DNA of 61,797 bases, the filler included. It is 3 parts of 3 records of this genome, joined end to end, with 100 filler letters (N's around TTAATTAATTAA, not from the genome) between each part and the next. Parts side by side here need not be neighbours in the genome. Positions count along the whole stretch, not along the records: positions 1 to 27,316 come from DRR378314_1579; 2 more parts are not named here. One strand, written 5' to 3'. This document shows, one piece after another, positions 12,903 to 26,057 of this stretch (its first letter is position 1; each line of letters starts with the position of its first letter). A model generated the notes under the pieces. That model did not search any database and was not told the origin of the DNA. It saw nothing but the letters and a program-made list of their open reading frames with translations. Made by a program: the position numbers and the translations under genes.

Positions 12903-14049
12903 GTCACAATTTCTCCTTTTTGGTGTATTCGCAAGGTACCGTAGCAGTAGTAGACACGCCAGCACGAGTGCGGGCGAAGCAACAAAACCACACGCAGAAC
13001 GGCGGGGCACTCGGCAGCATGCAAGAACTTCACAGCGCAGTCGCAGCACAGGGAAAGCGCCCGGCACCGGGTGCCTCGAGTCTCGCGCATGCGATCACCC
13101 CATCGCACAGTGCGCACAAGCAACAAAAATACTTTGTCTACAAACGAGCACCTGCATCGTAAGCAGAACCGCCGGAATCACCTGCGGACAAAGGCAACGT
13201 ACATGATGCAGGACAAACGCTGGTGGCGACGCGGTTCACGAGACGAAAAACGTCGGACGGCAACCGCGACCCTCGCGTGCACGCCAGGGATGCGTACCCG
13301 GAGCTCTTCGATGCCGTGCGTTCGAATTAGCCACTTGCAAACCATAGAACGTCAAACCTATTCCGAGTAAGGAAATCCTCAGCATGCGGCTGGCCCAGCA
13401 AAGCTCCACGCCGAGAACACGTTGCGCTGAGTGTGCATCCGGTATGGGAAAGCGCGGCGAAAACGAACCCGCACACATGTCTGGTGCTCCTGCGGTCAAG
13501 CTGAGCGTGCGAAAACTCCGCGAGAGCAATAATAGCCCGCGCTCTATACTTCGTCGCGGAGCAGGGACCAGCCGCCCAAGGTACGCACGCAATGGGCCTT
13601 CTTCTGGCTGTGGCAGAGGCACAGTGGTGTTGATTGCCGGCAGCAGTCGCACGTGCTTTCACGCTGACGACCTTCGTCGCAGGCAATTCAGGGAGCCCTT
13701 GCCAAAACTGCCCGCCTTCGTGCTCAAACGTCACAGCGTAGCACAGCATGTTGCCTAGACGATGTATTTTTAGGATTACTGTGAGTCTTTTGTGATGGTG
13801 CAGCATCCCAGGGTTGCCCCTTTCTTAAGTGAGCAAGCACCTCGAAAAGACGGTGCCTTTCGGCCTTTCGTTGTGGAGCGAACAAACCTGGTCTCACTCA
13901 CAAAGCAGCTCGCAGCGTGTGGGGTGCTGTGCCGCCAGCTCGGCGCAGCTGGGCTCTCCTATGTGGGCTTTGCGTGCATTACCTTCGTATTGCGGTTCGA
14001 GAAACATCTTATAATTTGATGCATGCGTTTTGGCACTGATAAGCGCGCA

Positions 14050-15458
14050 ATGGGCGCTTCGAACTATTTGAAAAATGTTGAAGCCGCCGTAGGTTTTGTG
14101 GGCAAGAGCGTGACAGCCCTCGCTCGTTCGTGTGGGTGTGCTCCTGCCTGCGGTCGGCCTTGCTGCGCGAACCCGCGAGCGCCACAGTGCGGCCAGGTGA
14201 CCCTGTTCCGCCTCGCCGGCAGTTCCAGGCCAAGCCTGTGGGTGGTAACGCGTATGTATTCTATTGTCTTGGTGTTACGCGGTCATCTTGTCGTTGAGCT
14301 GCTGTTTTGCTGAGCTCGCGAAGCCGCTCACAGAGGTTCGCTGTAAACACCTGCGGGATTGCTTGCCTCACCCTGCGCACAGGAATTCTAAGATAAAATG
14401 GGACGAAGCCACTCTTGCCGAACACGATCTGGAACGCGGCACGCGACAAAAGATTGACGATCCTCCAACCCCGTACCAGGCACCTGCCGCTGACGTGTGT
14501 GATGACGAAGATTCTGATGGTATGTTTGCGGACGAGACGCACTTTTGCGTCCTTCCGCCGTTGCATGCGCCACCACGCGCTGTACTGCGATTGCAGTCGG
14601 ATGCTCCTGAAACCTGCCTTCCCTTCCAGCTTTGCAGCGGATTCGTTGTGCTTGCCACGGAACGCGTGCATGAGTTGCGGACGACGCGTGGTTTGTTTGT
14701 TTTGTTGCTTGGTTGTAGTTCATTGTTCGTTTCGTCATATATATTACTATCTAAGATCGCCTGTTTTGAAACTTTGCTGCGCGCGTATGCATCTGCTGTT
14801 GTCTGTTCGACAGATTCCGACCACCCAGCAGTGACCACCGGCTTCGCCCCGAGCGTTCCTGCGCACGGATCTTCACCGCCTACGTCTGGAGTACGTATTG
14901 AGCGCGTCTGCGCGCTATGACTGACGAGCGCCAAGTTCTACCTACTGCGATGCACAAGCGCGTGGCTGCACGGATCTGTGATATTTTCGTGGAAAGCTTT
15001 TGAACTTTGGTACTTAGTGCGCCTTTCTGCAAATTATTAAAACCGTGGAAAATCAACTCCTTGGGTCTTCGTAGGGCGTTTCGTTTCAGCAGCTTGAAGC
15101 TGCGCTCCGGCGATCGTCGCTCGAGGAGGACAGGGAGCGGGATGACCGCTTCAACATAGAAGATGGGCTCTCATATGCTGGTGCGTAAAGTATTTTCTCA
15201 CTGATACGGAAGATGCCGTCATTGCGATGACAGCCGCGCACGGGGGAGCCGCAGTGTGTAGTCGTGGGAAACTGGGCACGTGCGCGTCGCGACTGCTATC
15301 CACTCCGGACTCTGTCTGCTGTGCGCGCTGTATACTATGCAGAACGGAAGCACAAGGCAACCTTCGACAAGGAGCGTAAGACACATTACAAGATGGACTT
15401 GCGAGCCGCTCGTGAAGCGCTGGCCGCGGAAATGACGGACGAGGACGACGAGGATTAA
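14050..15458 (+). CDS. PPP1R2: Protein phosphatase 1 inhibitor-2 (IPP-2 family)
   Basis: Spliced exons give KIKWDEATL (RVxF-like), RQKIDDPPTPY (PxTP), FDKERKTHYKM (HY motif) and an acidic tail ...TDEDDED*. The first exon (MGASNYLKNVEAA) is tentative. Confidence 0.85.
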
Positions 15459-16025
15459 TCCCGGCGTATAGTACAACCGGCTTGCGGGGATGTATTGCCC
15501 CCTCCTGTACCTTGAACCTTGCGTTGTCTCATTGCCGAGCAACAAGCTGCGATAGCCGCCGTTGCCTTGTTTCAACCAAAATGCACGTGTAGCAGTGTTT
15601 GGTGCTTCCTTTGTGCAGCTGATACAGTTGTTACATTGCCGATTGATTTCCCCCCCCTTTTGCTCAGGTGCTTTATCCAATTGACCGAAATACAGGTTTT
15701 GTTACGAACAGGATGGGCTGCATCTACTGGAAGTTGTCCTCTACATCGATGTATCGAACAGGCTGCAATTATGAAGCTGGAGAATTTTGCCGTGGTGTTT
15801 CAAAGATATTGAGAAGTGGTTGTCGTGATCTTTATCTGGATTTTCCTGCCATGTACGCTCGAGAACCGCTGTATTCGTAGCATATTCACACTTTGGAGAA
15901 TGCCCAGTCGCCGTCACGCAGTCGGATACAACGGCAAGAACGCGCGTTCGACCAATCCGGCTACTTGCACCGTTTCCTCCTTGGCCGCGCCCCCAACTGG
16001 TTATATCTACCTTAGCAATGGAGGA

Positions 16026-17846
16026 CTATACAAATGGAAGAAATAGACAGTGTGCAACTGTGCCTCCAACCGCATAAACCCGGCAGTATCGACGGAGCCA
16101 CACCGACGCGTGCCATCGTCTTGCAATGAACGCGAGTATCGCAGGGTTGAGAGAGAGCAGTAAACGTGTGGACACCTGCCATTCCCAAGATTACGAAGCA
16201 GTACAACGATCAGAATAAAGCAGTCATTACACACAAGAAGCACAAATTGTGGGCCTTTTCGAGAGCGCCAGACCAACCCTGGTGAGACTGCGTGCTCGTG
16301 CAGAGGGGCCAAGGAGCAAACGACTAAGGCTTTGAAGGAAAGTGCGCGCAAAACGAAAACAAGAAGACTCATCTTGCCGCGAGAATCCTACTGCCCGGGT
16401 CGATGGGCAATCCATTGTTCGTACCTGTATGTTTATGAACAACAAAGCAAGTACCCCGGCGACAACGCACTGCAACAGCATTGCCGCGGCAACGGGATGC
16501 CGCTGCTGTTGGCGGCAGGTGCCGCAGCGGAGACCGCCGCTTGCTATCCAGCGCCAGCCTGCTTCACGAATGGCACCTCCCAGAAGGGCATATATAGGAA
16601 GGGCTAAGATAAAGTTTGGAATTTGCTTCCATTCGTAAAACCCAAACAACTTGACGTTCCAGTACCGGCGCTGCACATCCTGGTAAATGGAGGGAGCCCA
16701 CGACCCACTGCTGCAGTATTCGCGCTCTGTACGAAGGAGCTCGCTCATCGAACAGAGAGTGGCCGCGCGCGATCGTGCATGGAAACCCCACGGCGAAGAA
16801 ACGAGAAAAGCGCCTAATAGTATACATATAACATGATTCTTTCGAAAATGGCGATGATCAATCACATCCTTTGCAACCCAATGGACGATAAAGCCCACAT
16901 GCAGAAATCCATTGGACCGGAGCGCCGCTGCCGCTGCAAAGCACACACTTGCCAACGCGACACGAGACGTGCCATGCGCGACATCGGCTCGAAGTATGCA
17001 CCGAATTCCAAGAGTACTCGATAGGAGGAATAAACTTTCCGTATACGGAACTGAACAGAACGCGGTCGAGGGATTGAAGACTAACGCGCAGCAGAGTGCG
17101 GATTGCGCCGCGGGAGTGTCCTGTAATTCACCAAGCTCGCGCAGAGTGACAGCGACGAACACTCCCGCAAGCGCGTAGGCAAGATTCGCTATGCAAACAC
17201 CCATCAGCACAGCAACGACACGCACATCGCCAACCAGATGGACAATTGCAGATGGAATGAACATGACAGACACCCGTAGAATCGCAGGCCAGAGAGGGAA
17301 GAACGCCGCGTGCTCCTCCTTCGTGACGCCGTCGAGCGCGACGTTGACAAAGTGAACACAGTCCCACTTGCAGACAGCCCGCGCCATGCCAGCGAGAACG
17401 GAATGGCTGGCGCCGTTGGAGTCGCTCCCTGCAGCGTGCGGCACATTACACGAGGCCCGCAAGAGAAAAAAATATGCACATAGCCTTGAGATTTTCTGCA
17501 CACGTAGACTGCAAGCGTGAGCAGATGAACGATCGCTATTGCGCGCAGAAGCGCGTCAAACCTCGATGCACGCGCGCGGAAGGCAGGTCGGACGAATTCG
17601 CAAACTCAGGAGCGCTGCGCAAGAGTGAACGAAGGGGTCGACCCAAGAATATTTCTTTTATAAAAAAAAAGTGGGGCACAACGCACCATACAGCTTATCA
17701 ACACGGGCATCGTGGTCGCCAACCATCCACCATACTGCTGAGCAAGCGCAAAGAAGAACGACACGACTCCAAAGAATACTCTTGAACAGGTTCCAATCAG
17801 AGGTCGTAGGCGCACAGCAGCCAGTCACAGTTTTACGGCGCGGCAT
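16026..17846 (-). CDS. PIGV: GPI mannosyltransferase II
   Basis: Exons 17846-17687, 17428-16425 and 16175-16026. Motifs: KWDCVHF, EEHAAFFPLWP, FNPSTAFCSVPYTESLF, LRSNGF, YQDVQRRYWNV, KQIPNFILALP, IQ|VSTRLL, FLPFV*. Confidence 0.92.
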
Positions 17847-19210
17847 CAGTGCGCCCAAGCGCGCGTTGCGAGCTCGCACGCGAGACGTGCGAGACGATGC
17901 ATTCACAGGACTGGCACACGTCTCCACTTGCTTATTTCAAGTAAAAGAATGTGCAGAGATCGATGGAGTGGGCAAGCAAAGCTACGCTCTGCTCGGCACC
18001 GGCGGCTGCACGCCCATCTCGTACAGCACAGCAGCGACAGAATTAACTTGGTTCGCGTGCACTGCCCCAGCAAGGTGCCGGTGCGCGACCAGAAGGATCG
18101 CAGAAATCGGTCGAGGCAGTAGGGCCAGTTTTTGAAGATGGGGGTGTGGTTGGAAATGGTATATACATTCTTTGTGATCTGCCTATGCGCGCCCGAGCTC
18201 GTGCCGCCCTTGGGAGCTCTCGCGCGGCGTGAGCGTTGGGCAGAGTGCGATTTGTCGCTGCAGCCCAAGTTTGGCTCGACACGTGTGTTTGCTTTCTGGT
18301 GCGTTTGCTTGTCGCGCTCCCCACGCCGCTTTTGCGAGCACGATCTGGCGCACCAGTGCGTTACACGACTCCAAATGGCACCTCCATAGCGTTGTTTCCC
18401 CCAAAGCCAGTTCGTATGACTGTTCCGGGCCCGTTTGCTTGCGAAAGCGGAGTGCGTGAGGCACGGGTGTCAGTGTGCACTTGCGCACTTGAGAGTCTGC
18501 GAGACGGAACCCAGTCTGCACCTGGCACGCCGTTTTTCTGGAGTAACGTTGCTGCGGTGCACGCAGGAGGCGAAACTGCTTGACCACTGGGCTGCTGCAC
18601 GACCAGGTGATGTGTGGTGCAAGTTTTTCTGTAAAATATCTGTGATCGTGCGTGATGAGCAGGGACCTGTGGTGTCGAAGTGGAGCGTTGTCGGGCATGT
18701 CGTTGCGCCCAGTACTGCGAAAGCGTTGCGCGCTCTTTTGCTCGGCAGGAACACGTGTTGCGTGCACTTCACCAGCGCACACGCTGTCCTGCGTAAGCGC
18801 CTCAGTCTCGCTCTGCACCACACTGCACTGCATCGAATGATTCTTGCGTTGTATCGTACACATATCATGTGGCATTCTTTGTATCTCAGTATAAACATGT
18901 GGCATTTCGATAGATGGTGCACGCGCGTGCGCAGGGCAAAGAACGATGCACCAGACCGCACTATGGCGTCTGGGGAAGGGAAACCGTGCGCCTGCTGCTG
19001 CCCGGTCGGCCGCGCACCGGCGCGCAGACGTATGTAGCAGGCGAAGCGCTTCCCAGCCCGACCCGCTAGCTCCTCGGCACTCTCTCGGGATGGCAACCCT
19101 CTAATGTGCGCGCCACTTTCGCGCTGCGCAGTGCGCATGCCAACAAACAATATCGGTAACCTGCGCATATTGATATTCCCACCCTTTTTGTTGTAAAGTT
19201 TAGCGACGAA

Positions 19211-22200
19211 ATGGCAGCTACCGAGCCACGAAGCTCCTTCGGCGCCGTGTTCGCCGACCCATACGATGGCTCGGCAACGCACCGTACAGGAAGGCCAGCC
19301 GATACCACAGGCCCGGCAGGAGAATGGGATCTCTCAGATGTCGACCCCAATGTTCTTTGGACACGGGTGCGTTTCCCGACTTGCGAAAGATTGCGGTGAA
19401 GAGCCTGGCAGGCTCGGGTGTTCCCTTGGTCACGTGCTCGCTGTGTGCGCTGCAACTTTCCGTCTGTGAAATAGCCGTGGCCCCGTCCCGTGTGAGGCAG
19501 GCGCTGCATCCCACCAAGTTGCTCGCCGAACAGGCGCGGCCTGGTACTTGCTCATTTTCTTCGATTGAATAATGCATATGAATGAATTTGCGCGGATTTA
19601 ATACCATTTTTTGTGAATCAGATGCCTCCGAATGGCCAAGGACACCGTCCGCCTCTGGCGAGTGAAGGAAGCCGCCTGTCAAACTCGTCGCGGTCGGAAG
19701 ACTCGAGCGAGCCGCTCGACGCTGTGATTGAGGCGGAAAATGTGCACAAAACGTACCTGCTCGGCATTGAGGGTGTTCCAGCGTTGCGTGGTGTAAATCT
19801 ACGCATCATGAGGTACGTCATGGGGAGGCGTGTATGATGCGGAAGACTTGGGGTCACTTCGCCGTGGTGCACGCGTGCGTCCGCCGACAAATAGGACGAA
19901 GCTGGGATAGTGCTCAGCTCGTCGACGGCGCGACACTGCGGCCAGATGGCAGCGTTTACCACAGTGCCACACAGACGGTTTTTTTTCTTCTGATTTTTTT
20001 CACATTCGCTGTACAACGGATCCCTGCTACCATAACGCGCTTCGGTGGATTCTCATGCTGACAGGGGAGAATTTGTCATCCTTTACGGTACTTCTGGTGG
20101 CGGCAAGGTACGCGATCCGTGTGTTTCCTTCTTGTGTGCGGCGCGACACGGAGTCGCCGCACTGGTGTTGCGAGCTTCTCGTTGCACGCGCTCGCGCGCG
20201 TGGGACCTGAGGCACGCGAGACAATCTCGGTGTTGCCAAATACTGCGGTGGATGAGTACTGAAAAAATGATGCATTTGCTACACCATGCCGCCTTCGGGA
20301 ATAGATCGCTCGAGGGTCTTCACGGTGACAGCGACGCACTTGGAGGTAGCAAACATGCCTCCACGCCGAGTAGATTCATTTGTTCGGCGTGTGCCGCAGA
20401 TCCAGTCAGGGGTCACGCACCCTCTGTAACGGCTGGGTTCGGAGGCTATTTTTGCGAGACACGGAACTGCTGTACGGCAATGCAAATTCAGAGAAATCTT
20501 TTCGTTGTTACTGCGACTGGCCCAACACTTCGTGGATGATGCGCTCGCCGTGCCGTGGATCCAAATGTTACTTCATAGACTTCATTGCTCAACGTCATCG
20601 GGACGATTGATAAGCCAACAAAGGGGAATATCACCGTATGCGGGACGACGATCACGAGCCGCACGACCGACCGCGAGCTCGCGTACATTCGGCTACGCCG
20701 ATTAGGCTTCGTGTTCCAGACTTTCAACCTGCTTCCGACTATGTCAGCAATTGAAAATGTACGTATTGGGAGACTGCAATTGTTGACATACAGAGAACAA
20801 TAGCGTGTCCATGGTGCTACTGGAATGTGCGGCAAATGTTTTCTTTGTCGCAACGTCCTGTGCGTGCCGCAAACACGCCTCGCCTTTAGCCGCGCGTCCG
20901 GATGGGTACAGCTATGGCGTTAGCCGGCGGTGTTTGTTCAGTTCGGTTTCTTGATGCTTCTGGATTTCATTCAAGCCCCTGTGCTCCGCTCGTATATGGT
21001 GGAGCAAGCGAAGGTCCGCTGTGCGAGGCTGACATGTGTTGCTCTGCACGCATATATGCCGGCGACGGTTTCGTGCAGGTGGAACTGCCGATGGTACTTG
21101 CCGGCATTCTCAGTCCTGCCCAGCGCCGTGCGCGCGCGAAGCAACTTCTGCAGCGCGTTGGTCTCGGTGATCGACTCACGCACACACCGTCACAGCTCTC
21201 CGGAGGAGAGCAACAACGCGTCACAATATGCCGTGCTATCGCGAACAAGCCGGATGTTTTGCTTTTGGACGAGCCAACGGGTGATCTTGACACGAAGAAT
21301 ACCCAGGTACGCCCACAAGTCCTTGGCAGCGAAACATCTGGGCGGAGCACTTGCTGCCTGGTTTGCGCACGAGGTCGTCGCACCTCACCCTGCGCCTGTG
21401 TTCCTTACTGTCAATGCATGGTTCTGTGCGATTTCTTGTGCGCTTTGTATCGCGGCGGTGTGGCAGATCGTAATGCGTCTACTCCATCAGCTGAACGAAG
21501 AAGATAACATTACCATGGTGATGGTCACGCACGACGTCAATCTCAAAGACCATGCAAACCGCATCGTACAGCTACGAGACGGTAAAATTTTACGAATTGA
21601 CAGCGTGAGTCGTGAGAAGCAGCTCATTGCAATGAACGAGGTCAAGAGCGTTAGCTACCACGAGGAGTTCCGCGCAAAGGAAGACGAAGCGGGCGGAGCC
21701 GGAAGCGCGGGTGACGAGGCGGAGAAGCCCGCTGAGCCGCAGGAGAAGGCCGAGAGTGAATCTCTCCACTTTACCCAGGTGCGAAAGGCGGTCCGCATGA
21801 TACCGCAAGCGGCTGTGTCCGCTGCGAATGAGTCCACGAATCACTGCTTTGTGCTGTGAGTTGGATAGTTGCCAGCGCTTCGTCGATTGCCGTGCTTCTG
21901 GCGCTGCGTATGTGTCCAGTTTGGTCTATGCAGGTGCTCTCGGCTCTCTGAGCGCATGGGATGCGCGCAGTTCTGACTTGAACGGGAAGCGCTTGTCGCA
22001 CACGGCCACCGCTTTCGCGCTGGTCCATGCGCTTCGCCGTACCACATGGCAAAGAGATCGCGGAAGAAAAAGCCCTCATACCCGCAATTTTGTGCGCTTA
22101 GCACGCCGCATGGCTCTTGCTGGGGACCTCGCTCACACGACTGCGTGCGCTTTATGCTGTATTCTGGCGCATGTAGATCCGCCACCCACACGAGTACGCG

Positions 22201-22688
22201 TTGGCTGGGTGTCTGGAAGAGCTCACGTTGAACAAAGTCCGCGAGCTCGCAGGCAAGAAGCCTCTTGAAACCGGCGGGCAGTCTGCGTGGCTCGATGCTG
22301 CACAACACGCTGGCGAGGTGCGATCCGCCGAGCTGCGCGGGCGGGCGTTCGCACTCATTCCTCGGTAGTCTCATTGCACGATGAGTCTCATGTTCACTTA
22401 ACTGTGCTTTCAGCTTCCCGTTCTCGGCAGCGGTATGCGCGCGTTTGGATGATGATGTGGTGGACAGCGTTCGGCTGCGCTTTTCTTCGTTGCGCTATTT
22501 TTCTTCGCATACTTGGTTTGCACGCGCAGCACGTGCGTTGCCAACAGTTCCGTACGCGCGCATGTATGGCTGGTGTCATTTCCCCTTTTGCTGCTGTGAT
22601 TATTTGTACACAGAACTCGGAAACATCTGACCCCGATAATGTAGCTCACGGGGAGAAGGATGTAAATGACCCGCGCGAGAAGCTGTAA
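19211..22688 (+). CDS. Stand-alone ABC ATPase of the LolD/MacB/FtsE type (Dictyostelium AbcH-like)
   Basis: Eight GT-AG exons: [20 protein letters not shown], Walker [33 protein letters not shown], signature [11 protein letters not shown], Walker [13 protein letters not shown]-loop MVTHD, TQ|IRHPHEY, ending DPREKL*. No TM domain. Confidence 0.9.
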
Positions 22689-22891
22689 CGCGACGCCTCT
22701 TGTGAAGCAAGAGAGCTGGCGTGCATCTGCTCGGTAACGCGGGTTGCACAGGAGCCGCGAGAACGACCGAGTGCGGAGATTCCGGTGAAAAAAGTTGATC
22801 CGTATCTTTTTCCTTTATTTTCTACGGATCATTTCTACGCAATAAAGTATTTTTTCTCTCGACGAGAAAACTTCGGTTGGCAGGTGCATGC

Positions 22892-25486
22892 CTACGCACT
22901 GGAAACTGGCGTTTCTGTCGGGCGCTCGGTCACCATCTCCATCGTCGGTTTGCGAGAGACTCCACACCTGGAGTGCGAAAAGAACACGCAACAATTTCGT
23001 CAGGCATGCATAACGGAATGCATGATGGAAATAAAAACTGGGCAGGTGTCCACAAAGGAGCTGTGTGCAAGAGCATGATCGTACCGCGGCATGATCCCAG
23101 CGTTGCGAGCGCGGTCGCACTTCCACCTTCCGCACCGCTCCTCGTCGCACAGCGAGTAGAAAAACATGCGATGAGCGACGAGTGCCGCGACGGCTCCGAC
23201 AATCAGACCAAACAGCACATCGCGTGGATGATGCCTATTATCAACGATCCGGGTCAGTCCTGCGCAGATTGGGCAAAAAAACAAACAAACATCAACACAG
23301 TCCGGTGGATCGGCTGAATTCTGTGGCCTGCCAGTGCGACACAGCTGACCCCTTGAAAACGACACCGCCAGAAGCAGCTCGTCGCTCGCACAGCAAGTAC
23401 ACAGCACAATACCAAATTCGCACACGGGGTGCACGAGCATTCTGCAATACTGTAATCCCTAGACGTTCTCTGACATGTTCACTTTGGCCCGCGTACCAAT
23501 CCAAATCGCGAACAGAGGCGGGACGAAGAAGGCCGCGTATTTCGGCACGTGGCCCTCGGGATCCGCAAACGTGCGGAGCCTGCCAGCGACGTGCAGGGAC
23601 ACAAGAAGATACATTGCCATGGCAAGCGACGCATGTCCAGAGAAGAAAGACCGCCGTGCGTCCGAGAGGGCAGACTGGGATGTCGTGCACTACACTCATA
23701 CGAGGAGAAATGACGCGGCGCACGCCGTCGCGATGAAATTAGGCGAACGCGGACGAGAAAACAAATGGGAAAGAGATGAAGCGGCGCCGCCACGTTCCGA
23801 TGGCGGAGCAAGGGGCAACCCTTCTCTTTTCCGAGGATTCATGGTGAAGGGTCTTTATCCGCACGGAGCAACGCGAAAGAGATTCCCAGCGGTCTACACG
23901 AATCAAGTTCAAACGAATATATTACTCACGAGCAAGCGCGTGAAAGCACAGCGCTGCTGCACTCCGCTGCTGCGGTCTGACGCGCCTCTCAGCCATCGTA
24001 CCTCTCCGGACGTGCTGCTATACTTGCACGTGGCGAGAAAGTCGGGTCGCAATTCCCCTGACCAAACAGTGCATAGACCCTGCGTTTTTTCCATGCACAG
24101 ACAACCAGGATGAGCAACCATCTCTATGCGTTGCACAGCGAAGATACGATTTGACTTGAATGCTGAGGAGATAATCGGCGAGAGCATTCGATAGGGAAAT
24201 TGCGGCGGAAAAGCAAGCGCACGGTCCAGTGGCCGGCACAGAAACACTAAGCGACAAACCTGGAAAATGATTTCAAATGCACCCGCCGTCAGAAATGATA
24301 GCCATAAATGGTGAAGTTCGTGTACATCGCGTTCTTCGTGCCGCCGTGAAAGGTAGAGAAAACCGAGGAGCACTACCGGGAGGACAAGCGTCAGCGGTAG
24401 CAGCAGCACTGTTGGAACCTTCTGGTCACTCCTGCATTTCCGCATCCATGTAACATCAAGCAATGATGAAAGGAGTTGGACCGTGCGTAAAAACGATAGC
24501 CAATTTGTTAAAATGGTAACCCAACGACCTCAGTGCCGTAAGTCCCGATATGTCTGGTGAATCGTTGAAGCGCTGCAGAAGAGCGTCGGCGAGCTACGCG
24601 AGGAAAGAACACGCGCGGGACGAGAAACGACACGCCGTTACCGCTCAGTCCCCAAGGTTCCCCCTTCCTGCGCCCACCGACCTGCTTGCGGGGAAACGAT
24701 GACGTTTCACAGGTTTTCAAGTGATTTTCTTTGCAACGATGAGCCATCGACCTCGCCGCTTCACTTCATGTGCTGTGGCTCGCTACTCTAATTTATATCC
24801 GGAAACAGCAACAAAGCTATACGTCTTCCTGCAGCACCGCTCTTTCTTTCAACGTCTTCGCCGGTGCAACGCGACCAGACCGGGGAGGCAAAGCAAACGA
24901 ACGTCGACATACACGCTAGGATACGCCAAGTCAAAGTTCGTTCCATTGAGAAGCGTGAAGTCCTGCCGTGCCGGTGTGACAAATTCCTGGACTCCGCCGC
25001 CGAGCTGGAAACCACGAGCGCAGCGAAGGCGAACCTCTGCGTAAGCGAGAGTCCGCCCGAACGTCGCGAGCGACAAACCGTCACAGCGTTCTTCGCCGCC
25101 AAGAGAAGCGATTTCATTTCACAGTGGCTTGCGCGTAGACAGCCGATCCGGTCACTGCACGCGCAAACTGTCTTGCACGTTGCCGCGGCAATAAAATGTA
25201 CATGTGCACCTCAAAGTCCACCAGACCCTCGTTGACAAGAGCGAGTGCCCACGTTGTCTCGCACGTGCGCACGTAATGCAGAGCTCAGACACAAAAACCG
25301 TCATTCAAGGCATTAGCCAGTGACGACAAATCAAGTACATACCGAGAACATCAACAGGCACGTGACCCAATCCCATCGGTACACACGGGCAATTTGGAAA
25401 AATCGCTGCAGAGCGTCCTCTTCACCGCCCAGCGTGTCGCTGCGCTGTTGTGTCGAGGAGCGGTTGCCATTTGCGAGCGACGCCAT
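22892..25486 (-). CDS. PAP2-family lipid phosphate phosphatase (DPP1/PLPP-like)
   Basis: Seven exons: YRWDWVTCLLMFS|LGGGVQEFVTPARQDF..DLAYPSV|SDQKVP, C1 region GELRPDFLATC, C2 SFFSGHAS, C3 TRIVDNRHHPRDVLFG, ending PVSSA*. Confidence 0.88.
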
Positions 25487-26057
25487 GACAAAGTCGCTCC
25501 GTGCGGCGCCGAAAGCTCGCCCGTGAGACCGTTCACTCCCTAAGGAAAGCCTGCAAACTTGTTGCTATGTGCACAGTAGGTACTGTTTTCTCAACAGTTT
25601 TTTATTTTCGGCTGGATGCGCGGATGCATGACAAATTTGACAGTTTCGCCTTGCCCAAGCGGACCAGCGGCCACTGTCGCTGAGCGCGCAACCACCTGCG
25701 CACTGCAAACGCACTGCGACCGGAATGAGCGCAGTTAGGCAGAGAATAGCGGGAGCCCAAAATGTAAATGAGTATCGTAATACAAGAACAAAGTACAAGC
25801 GAAACAATTTGCACTCATGAGCTGCAGTGTAGTCAAGCCGGGTAATTTCCAGTGGGTCGCGGATCCACCCCCGGCAAGGCTCGTATAAATCTTCTAATTA
25901 TACCCAAAGTCAGTATACTTTGGGCAATTCACTCCCCAATGTGCATCTGGCGTGCGGCTTCCTCTCACGTTCCGATGCCGCTGCGCACTTTGCACTGCGC
26001 CTGCGCTGGGAAAGAAATCCGCCCTCGCCACGCTCTTCAGAGGCGCTTCCTCCCACC

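Noticed and set aside
22449..22630. C-box-like ATGATGA in an ABC intron (also weak C/D pairs in the IFT81 intron near 57100)
   Set aside because: There is no suitably placed intronic D box, terminal stem or recognisable rRNA complement. An Rfam or snoscan run would be needed.
23614..23625. TTGCCATGGCAA palindrome resembling an RFX X-box
   Set aside because: It lies inside a PAP2 coding exon, far from the ciliary gene promoters.
24480..24575. Apparent PAP2 exon with an in-frame TAA, suggesting stop-codon reassignment
   Set aside because: A better upstream exon (…DLAYPSV|SDQKVP) splices cleanly over it. TAA, TAG and TGA all serve as terminal stops in this window, so the standard code fits.
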